DNA of 64,000 nt from an uncultured Methanosarcinales archaeon (GTDB taxonomy: Archaea; Nanobdellota; Nanobdellia; Woesearchaeales; CAXGTL01): contig CAZYAB010000002.1 in NCBI GenBank assembly GCA_964645705.1, forward strand, positions 88,155 through 152,154. The letters run 5' to 3'. The stretch's first letter is position 1. Each line of letters opens with the position of its first letter. A program made the position numbers and the translations under genes. Positions 57,723 through 64,000 of this stretch are shown here, piece after piece. The notes under the pieces are model-generated. The model did no database searches. It was not told where the DNA came from and saw only the letters and a list, made by a program, of their open reading frames with translations.

Positions 57723-59231
57723 TCACACCAACATATACGGTTGCAGACCTAGTTCAGAATCAGTTGTCACATTTAATTTTAATTCATTCAATCCTGCTTC
57801 ATCACCATGCTTAGGAATATGTGTTAAATGCAGATTAAGATTTTCTAATTTGTTCAAATTATTTATTGCACGTTTCATATAAGCGTTATTACGCGCACCA
57901 ATTGCCAACAATATCAAAATTTCTTCAACATTCAAAGAAGCAGACAAATAACCAAACTTTTTTTTATATTTAATCATCTGTTTTATCAGATACTTTGGCA
58001 ATAACTTCTTTTTTTTAGGAATGCCTGACATTTTTTTAAGTGCTTTTAATATCACTGCTGATTCTGCATGCAGTAGATGAGAATTATGTGCTTTGATAAT
58101 TTTTCCACTAGGGAGTTCAATAGCAGCACCGCAATATACACCTTTGTTACCTTCTTTATTTTTTTCTGTTTGTTTTCTGGCTTGTCTGGATTTTTTGATC
58201 AATGGATATATTTTTTCACTAACTTTTGCTTTTTTCATGATAAGTTTTATTTGGTCAATTGTTTCTTGTGTTTCAATTCCTAGTACAAATTCTTGTTTAT
58301 ATCGAAGATATCTTCTTACTATCTCTTGTTTTGATTTTTGTCTTATCACCTTATCATTTATAATACCTTGTTTTGCCATGTTCACACCCATGTCAGTCGG
58401 AGAATTATATTTGTTGACAAAATTTTCAGTTTTTGTGATTGATTTCATGATCCTTTTTAAAATATAAAAATTTTCAATATCTCTGTTATAATTCACAGCT
58501 TTTTTTTTATATTTTTTTAGGTGGTAAGGATCAATCATATTAACATCTTTTAGATCAGCTGTAGCAGCTTCATAAGCAATATTAACTTCATGATTAAGTG
58601 CAAGGTTCCAGATAGGAAATGTTTCAAACTTAGCATATCCTGCATTGATGTTTCTTTTTTGTTCATGATACAACTGTGTAAGACACACAGCCATTTTACC
58701 ACTTCCGCCACCAGTACCTGTCACAATGATTAAAGGCTGTTTTGTTTTGATGTATGGTCGTTTGTTAAATCCTTTTAATGATTTTTTTATGTTCTTGGGA
58801 TAACCAGGTATATCATGATAAACATATACTTTATTCCCTGCATTTTCTAATTTTCTTTTGAACCTGATTGCCAGATTTTCATTTTCATACCTAGTTATTA
58901 CTATTGCACACACTTTAAGTCCTTTTTCTCTTATTTCACTTATTTCTTTTATTGCTTGCAGATCATATGTCAATCCAAAATCATGCCTGATTCTTCCTTT
59001 TTGAATATCTTTTGCACTTATACAATAAATTATTTCAAGATTCTTTAGATTCTTAAGAAGTTGCACTTTTGCATCAGGTTCATATCCTGGTAGAACTCTT
59101 TGCGCATGTCTATCATATAATAATTTTCCACCAAACTCAAGATAAAGCTTTTTATCGAACTTAGCCAATCTTTGTTTTATTTCCTGTGTTTGATGTTTAA
59201 GATACTTTTTTGTGTCAAAACCTCTTTTCAT
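57723..59231 (-). CDS. UPF0371 / DUF1846 family protein
   Basis: 'KLYLEFGGKLLYDRHAQRVLPGYEPD' is highly characteristic of the UPF0371 N-terminus. Confidence 0.6.
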   Translation of the reverse strand: MKRGFDTKKYLKHQTQEIKQRLAKFDKKLYLEFGGKLLYDRHAQRVLPGYEPDAKVQLLKNLKNLEIIYCISAKDIQKGRIRHDFGLTYDLQAIKEISEIREKGLKVCAIVITRYENENLAIRFKRKLENAGNKVYVYHDIPGYPKNIKKSLKGFNKRPYIKTKQPLIIVTGTGGGSGKMAVCLTQLYHEQKRNINAGYAKFETFPIWNLALNHEVNIAYEAATADLKDVNMIDPYHLKKYKKKAVNYNRDIENFYILKRIMKSITKTENFVNKYNSPTDMGVNMAKQGIINDKVIRQKSKQEIVRRYLRYKQEFVLGIETQETIDQIKLIMKKAKVSEKIYPLIKKSRQARKQTEKNKEGNKGVYCGAAIELPSGKIIKAHNSHLLHAESAVILKALKKMSGIPKKKKLLPKYLIKQMIKYKKKFGYLSASLNVEEILILLAIGARNNAYMKRAINNLNKLENLNLHLTHIPKHGDEAGLNELKLNVTTDSELGLQPYMLV

Positions 59232-59342
59232 AATAACATAAATAAAGAAAATAGTTTATATACCTTTCTGTTTGTATTTAGAAATTTATAATAGTTTTGG
59301 TTTATTTATTGACTTCCAATTCATCAAAAAACTGTTCAACTA

Positions 59343-59948
59343 TTAACATTTTACCTTCTTGCCTTCATCAAATCTCCATACATTACCAACAAACTCTAAT
59401 CCATCATTGTAAATAATTGCAGAATTGTTTTCTAAACCATATATTAGTCTGTCTTCAGACATGGGTAGAAGAAATCTGTCAAACTTTTCTTCATAATGAG
59501 CTTTTACCCAGAAATTTACCATACCAATCATTGGCATAATCGAAACATCGTCTCTTAATTTAAGATATTCAGGACACATTACATATGCTCCTGCACTATT
59601 CCCAGACACAATTCCTGGAAAACCTTTTATCATATTAACTAAACTATGCTCTTTAATCTTTTGCATTAATTTTTCTGTTTTACCACCAGGCAAATAAAGA
59701 AGGTCCACAAGATCAAACAATAAATAATTAGGATTATCATCTGAAAAAAACCAAACATTCTCAGCACCTAACTCTTTAAAATAATTTTTAAAAAACTCTT
59801 CTTTTTTTTTTAATTTGCCTTTATCATCAAAAGTTAGATTCAAAACCAGAACATTATTATCTTCAGATTCATCAATAACTCTTTTATCTAGATCTTTTAA
59901 TCCGCCTGTTGACGTGTGTCCTGATAATAAAAATATTTTTCTAGGCAT
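59343..59948 (-). CDS. peptidase S51 family (dipeptidase E / cyanophycinase-like)
   Basis: 'IVSGNSAGAYVMC' (nucleophile elbow GxSAG), 'YLPGGKTEKL'. Confidence 0.6.
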   Translation of the reverse strand: MPRKIFLLSGHTSTGGLKDLDKRVIDESEDNNVLVLNLTFDDKGKLKKKEEFFKNYFKELGAENVWFFSDDNPNYLLFDLVDLLYLPGGKTEKLMQKIKEHSLVNMIKGFPGIVSGNSAGAYVMCPEYLKLRDDVSIMPMIGMVNFWVKAHYEEKFDRFLLPMSEDRLIYGLENNSAIIYNDGLEFVGNVWRFDEGKKVKC

Positions 59949-59949
59949 T

Positions 59950-60330
59950 TTAATTATACTTCATAACCAACTTACAAACCAAACCAGGCATTGAATTATG
60001 CTCTGCACCAGTATCACAAATATTTTCTATTATGCTCTTTAGTTTTGCTTTACCATTTCTTTGATGACTCTTGCCATTGCCTTTTGCACTATATCCATTC
60101 CTATACTTAGGTATTCTTAAACCAAATTTTCTAAACTTTTTTGCATAATATTGGGCTTGATCTACTAAACCTAATTTAATAGCATCGTCTATTACTTTTC
60201 TTGCTACTTTTGGTTCACCATCAGGCAATCTTTCTCCTCTTGTTCTGTAATCTGCAATAATACTTAGTTCAGCACTTAGTCTATTCTTTATAGTATATTC
60301 ATCCATTTTAACATCCCTCCAATCTATCAC
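59950..60330 (-). CDS. hypothetical basic protein
   Basis: ORF. Confidence 0.35.
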   Translation of the reverse strand: MIDWRDVKMDEYTIKNRLSAELSIIADYRTRGERLPDGEPKVARKVIDDAIKLGLVDQAQYYAKKFRKFGLRIPKYRNGYSAKGNGKSHQRNGKAKLKSIIENICDTGAEHNSMPGLVCKLVMKYN

Positions 60331-60447
60331 AGAACTCTTTTATTATATATATGGAAAGATTTCATCATATATAAATCTTTACTATAAAACATATATATTT
60401 AAAAACAGAACAAAAATCCCATATATAAACTAATAAGGTGATATAAA

Positions 60448-60717
60448 ATGTCAGAAGAAAACACATACTATGTAACAACTGAAAACAAAGACGGACATAC
60501 TTCTGTAACAAATTTAGGATCAGAAGAAAATTTCCACGATTGGTACAACAGAAAGATGACGCATCTTTCTGAAACGCGTAACTCAGATGTATACCAAATA
60601 TTATACCGCGGTAATGATGAAAAAAAAGCAATAGCAGCTCGCGACAGACGCAGAACAATTAAACCTAATCATGATGAAGAAGACGATGATGATCTAGAAG
60701 ATATTGTTGAAGAATAA
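60448..60717 (+). CDS. small acidic hypothetical protein (D/E-rich tail)
   Basis: ORF with 'AAGGTGATATAAAATG'. Confidence 0.35.
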   Translation: MSEENTYYVTTENKDGHTSVTNLGSEENFHDWYNRKMTHLSETRNSDVYQILYRGNDEKKAIAARDRRRTIKPNHDEEDDDDLEDIVEE

Positions 60718-60815
60718 TCTGCAACACCAAAATTCTTACTATTTAACATAACTTCTATCAAAATTAAACCTATGACCAACCTTTATATATAACCATTACT
60801 AAAGTAATAATTACA

Positions 60816-62075
60816 ATGAAAAAAACAATAATATTCGGACTATTACTAACTATTTTTTTATTTGGATGTACTTCAGAATTTAAAACAATGGATGATACAC
60901 AAGCAACTTCATCAGGTGTTGAACAAGTTGTAAATGCCAACAATCAGTTTGCTTTTGACATGTACAATAAAATAGATAATGATAAAAATGTATTCTTTTC
61001 ACCTTATTCAATATCAACTGCACTTGCAATGACATACGAAGGTGCAAATGGTCAGACAAAAGAAGAAATAAAAAATGTTTTCTATTTTCCAGATGATCAA
61101 ACACTAAGATCGTCTAATGCAAGAATATATAATCTAATAAACAAAGACAATAAAAAATACGAGCTCAATACAGCAAACGCATTATGGGCTCAGAAAGATT
61201 ATGATTTCCTTCCCACTTATTTCAACACTATTGAAAATTATTATGGTGGTAAAGTAACTAATCTAGACTTTGTTACACAAACAGAAGAATCAAGACAAAC
61301 AATAAACAAATGGGTAGAAGATCAAACAAATGATAAGATAAAGAATTTAATAGAAAAAGGAATGTTAAATGCAATGACAAGATTAGTATTAACAAATGCA
61401 ATATATTTCAAAGGAACATGGGAATGGGAATTTGACAAATCAGATACAAGCAACCAAGACTTTAAGATAACTTCTGACAATGTTGTAAAAACTCCAATGA
61501 TGTTTATGGAACCTGACAAAGCCAGGTTTAATTATGCAAATTTAGAAAAATTACAAATCCTAGAATTACCTTACAAAGGTAATGATATTTCAATGTTAAT
61601 ATTATTACCAAAACAAGGACCAGAATATGATTTTGACAATGATAAAATGATAACTCATGATTATACTCTTAAAGATATAGAATTATCTTCTGAAAAACTC
61701 AAAGAATACAGATCACAAATGAAAGAAACAAAATTAGACGCAATATATCTTCCTAAGTTTGAGTTTGACACAAAATATCTCCTGAATAATGCATTAAAAA
61801 GTTTAGGAATGCCGACTGCTTTTTCAATGGATGCTGACTTTTCAGGCATGGATGGAACAAAAGATTTGTTTATCTCAAATGTTATACATCAAGCATTTGT
61901 CAAGGTTGATGAAAAAGGAACAGAAGCAGCTGCTGCAACAGCAGTTACAATGGAGTTAAAATCAGCAATGCCAACAAACATATTCAGGGCAGATCATCCG
62001 TTCATCTTCATTATACAAGAAAGATCAACAGGAAATATCTTGTTTATGGGTAAGGTAGTGGATCCGACTATTTAA
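60816..62075 (+). CDS. serpin (serine protease inhibitor) with an N-terminal signal peptide/lipobox
   Basis: 'NAIYFKGTWEWEF' (serpin signature), 'FRADHPFIFIIQERSTGNILFMGKVVDP' (C-terminal serpin motif), reactive-centre-loop region 'GTEAAAATAVTM'. Confidence 0.85.
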   Translation: MKKTIIFGLLLTIFLFGCTSEFKTMDDTQATSSGVEQVVNANNQFAFDMYNKIDNDKNVFFSPYSISTALAMTYEGANGQTKEEIKNVFYFPDDQTLRSSNARIYNLINKDNKKYELNTANALWAQKDYDFLPTYFNTIENYYGGKVTNLDFVTQTEESRQTINKWVEDQTNDKIKNLIEKGMLNAMTRLVLTNAIYFKGTWEWEFDKSDTSNQDFKITSDNVVKTPMMFMEPDKARFNYANLEKLQILELPYKGNDISMLILLPKQGPEYDFDNDKMITHDYTLKDIELSSEKLKEYRSQMKETKLDAIYLPKFEFDTKYLLNNALKSLGMPTAFSMDADFSGMDGTKDLFISNVIHQAFVKVDEKGTEAAAATAVTMELKSAMPTNIFRADHPFIFIIQERSTGNILFMGKVVDPTI

Positions 62076-62404
62076 AGTCTCAATGTATTGACATAATTAA
62101 TCATCATCAATACTAAGTCTTTTTTATCATCTTTAACAGTCGGATGTATGTCTTGAAAATAACATATCAATGTTTCATACTTATCAGATAGTTGTTCCAT
62201 ATCTTTTATTTTATTCCTGAGTTCATTAAGAAGAAATTGTTCAGGCTTATCAAGATCATCTTTCCAAACATGTTTATTAATAAAGTCATAAAGTACTAAA
62301 GGATCTTTCATTGTCTCATTCATATAAGAAAAAGTAAGTGGAAAAGAATTTATAAGTTTATAGATTTTATTTAAGCTGGTTTTCAGAATTAAGATTCTCA
62401 GCAA
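62072..62404 (-). CDS. hypothetical protein
   Basis: ORF. Confidence 0.3.
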   Translation of the reverse strand: MLRILILKTSLNKIYKLINSFPLTFSYMNETMKDPLVLYDFINKHVWKDDLDKPEQFLLNELRNKIKDMEQLSDKYETLICYFQDIHPTVKDDKKDLVLMMINYVNTLRL

Positions 62405-62690
62405 AAGTTCTTAATTCTCTTGCTAAATCATATTCTTTGTTCATTTCTTTACTATGGGCCATTTGTTTTAATTCTCTTGCCATAAGATATACACTAATTT
62501 TTCTATTATTCTTAGGATTATCAGCTCCTGCAATATCATTAACGCACTCAACAAAATCATTTCTAAGTTCTTCATAACCAACTTCAAAGTTAGAATCTGG
62601 CATATCATACATGTTTTTAAGAGCTTCAAGATGTATATTTGCAGCAGAGATAATTTTTGAGTCTAATATCCTTGTTTCTAGTTCAGTCAT
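62367..62690 (-). CDS. hypothetical protein
   Basis: ORF. Confidence 0.3.
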   Translation of the reverse strand: MTELETRILDSKIISAANIHLEALKNMYDMPDSNFEVGYEELRNDFVECVNDIAGADNPKNNRKISVYLMARELKQMAHSKEMNKEYDLARELRTFAENLNSENQLK

Positions 62691-62811
62691 TTTTATAAAC
62701 CCCTAATATAAAATAGAAACCAACCCATATTTATAAGCATTTCTATTATATCACTACTATATAGAGGTCATATGCCCAAGATTTATATAGTAAAAAATCC
62801 TTCCTAAGTAT

Positions 62812-63315
62812 ATGATGATAGTAAAACAACTATTAAAAGAAAAATACATACTAGATATAGAACCAGCAGAACCATGGAAAATACCTAGAATAAATTACTC
62901 ATTATTCACAAAACAATCAAGAAAACAAGTAAAATCATGCATAAATCATCTAGTAGATTATATAACACATTATTATTTGTTAGGAGAATTCCCAGATGAA
63001 GAAACAAAAGATGATTGGGTAGATGAAATGGAAGACAAGTATGGTAAAGAAATGAAACAAGAGATAAATAAAAACCCATTAAAAGGAAACATGATCTATG
63101 GTATTAAAACTCTTATGATTGCTAATTTCAGAGAAAATAATTATCAAGATTATATTGGAGAAAATAAACAAAGATTCATAAAACTAACAGAAAATGCAAT
63201 ACAATCATGCAACCTAAAAAAATACACTGAATTAGAATCAATAGATGAAAAAATAGATCTTGTATATAATATAAAACAAAACATTTATTCTTTGTTAAAA
63301 TTTCTTTCTTGCTAA
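62812..63315 (+). CDS. hypothetical protein
   Basis: ORF. Confidence 0.35.
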   Translation: MMIVKQLLKEKYILDIEPAEPWKIPRINYSLFTKQSRKQVKSCINHLVDYITHYYLLGEFPDEETKDDWVDEMEDKYGKEMKQEINKNPLKGNMIYGIKTLMIANFRENNYQDYIGENKQRFIKLTENAIQSCNLKKYTELESIDEKIDLVYNIKQNIYSLLKFLSC

Positions 63316-64000
63316 TACCTATAGTGTTCTGGTTTATAAGGACCTTGTACTTTTACACCAATATAAGCAGCTTGTTCTGGTGTTAATTCAGTTAACTTAG
63401 CACCAAGTTTATCAAGATGTAAACGCGCAACTTCTTCATCAAGTTCTTTACTAATCATATAAACTCCAACCTTTCTATCAACATTCTTTGCAATGTCAAT
63501 CTGCGCAAGTATTTGATTGGTGAATGAATTGCTCATTACAAATGAAGGATGTCCAGTTGCACAACCTAAATTAACAAGCCTACCTTCTGCTAACAAATAA
63601 ATTGAATGTCCGTCAGGAAAAGTAAACCTATGAACAGGACAAAAACTTCCTTTTATTTCTTCCTTAACAACACCGGGCCATTTTTCTAATCCAGCAACAT
63701 CAATTTCATTATCAAAATGTCCTATGTTACACACTATTGCTTGGTCTTTCATCTTACTCATGTGCTCTGCAGTTATAATATTATAATTACCAGTTGCAGT
63801 TACATAAATATCAGCTTCAGCAAGAGCATCTTCAACCTTACAAACCTTGTAACCAGCCATGCACGCTTGCAATGCGCATATTGGATCAATCTCAGAAACC
63901 AAGACTTTTGCTTTTTCATTTTTCATTGACTCTGCACTACCTTTACCAACATCACCATAACCACATACCATTGCAGTTTTACCAGAAATAAGTACATCCA
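63312..64000 (-). CDS. ahcY: S-adenosyl-L-homocysteine hydrolase, C-terminal part (the N-terminus lies beyond the window edge)
   Basis: '[16 protein letters not shown]' (NAD-binding), '[12 protein letters not shown]', C-terminus 'KPEHYRY'. Confidence 0.85.
   Translation of the reverse strand, partial: DVLISGKTAMVCGYGDVGKGSAESMKNEKAKVLVSEIDPICALQACMAGYKVCKVEDALAEADIYVTATGNYNIITAEHMSKMKDQAIVCNIGHFDNEIDVAGLEKWPGVVKEEIKGSFCPVHRFTFPDGHSIYLLAEGRLVNLGCATGHPSFVMSNSFTNQILAQIDIAKNVDRKVGVYMISKELDEEVARLHLDKLGAKLTELTPEQAAYIGVKVQGPYKPEHYRY

Noticed and set aside
1-64000. Search for tRNA, rRNA, RNase P or SRP RNA genes, CRISPR arrays, integrases and transposases
   Set aside because: There are no T-loop 'GGTTCGAATCC'-like signatures outside coding regions, no rRNA-like conserved blocks, no repeat-spacer arrays and no transposase or integrase-like ORFs. 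The longest non-coding stretches (about 100-330 bp) are AT-rich promoter-like regions.

Overview
This is an AT-rich (roughly 30% GC) window of about 75 densely packed genes, most in long co-directional blocks. It is almost certainly archaeal: it carries an aCPSF1/FttA KH + beta-CASP ribonuclease, an archaeal-type prolyl-tRNA synthetase, a proteasome beta subunit with a Thr1 propeptide, three AbrB-PhoU-type regulators, and GGAGG Shine-Dalgarno sequences embedded in overlapping gene junctions. The gene content and the many small secreted proteins suggest a DPANN-like archaeon, but that is inference.

The most striking content is a complete bacterial-type pupylation locus at about 5.7-15.1 kb. 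It comprises an ARC/Mpa-like AAA+ ATPase (coiled-coil, OB and AAA modules; 'GPPRCGKT', 'IKGPEFLSKWVGEGER'). This is followed by three paralogous Pup-ligase/deamidase (PafA/Dop) family proteins with 'ETEYG', 'GCHENYL' and 'TRQI' motifs. The first is fused to a duplicated leucine-rich-repeat module. The second carries an E-to-K change in the catalytic 'ETEYG' motif.

An unannotated 56-aa ORF (11138-11308) sits between the first and second PafA/Dop-like genes, reproducing the actinobacterial arc-dop-pup order. Its C-terminal half resembles the Mpa-binding helix of Pup and it ends in a terminal Glu. Directly downstream and co-directional are a SAM-dependent methyltransferase and two CheY-like receiver-domain proteins, one of them degenerate. 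I am not aware of a characterised Pup system in archaea, where the proteasome is normally fed by SAMP/PAN pathways.

A second candidate novel system is an 11-kb co-directional array (about 23.8-34.9 kb) of roughly 20 small hypothetical secreted or membrane proteins. Their start and stop codons are translationally coupled through a shared 'GGAGG..GAATAAAAAATGAC' junction. The array includes a secreted coiled-coil protein with a C-terminal caspase-like (clan CD, 'SGHG' ... 'WACSNG') domain. Just upstream is a membrane-anchored Hanks-type kinase carrying a 3x180-bp tandem coding repeat.

Other notable items are a recurrent 18-bp perfect palindrome (AT[C/G]ATTAATATTAAT[C/G]AT) in at least three intergenic regions, a 1015-aa Cys-rich Gly-Pro-repeat secreted protein, a secreted serpin, and a beta-class DNA amino-methyltransferase with a PD-(D/E)xK-like tail. 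Housekeeping genes include MscS, HtpX, LemA, a thioredoxin-CcdA fusion, an ABC-2 transporter, an FKBP, a peptidase S51 and AhcY (partial at the 3' edge). I recognised no tRNA or rRNA genes, CRISPR arrays or transposases.
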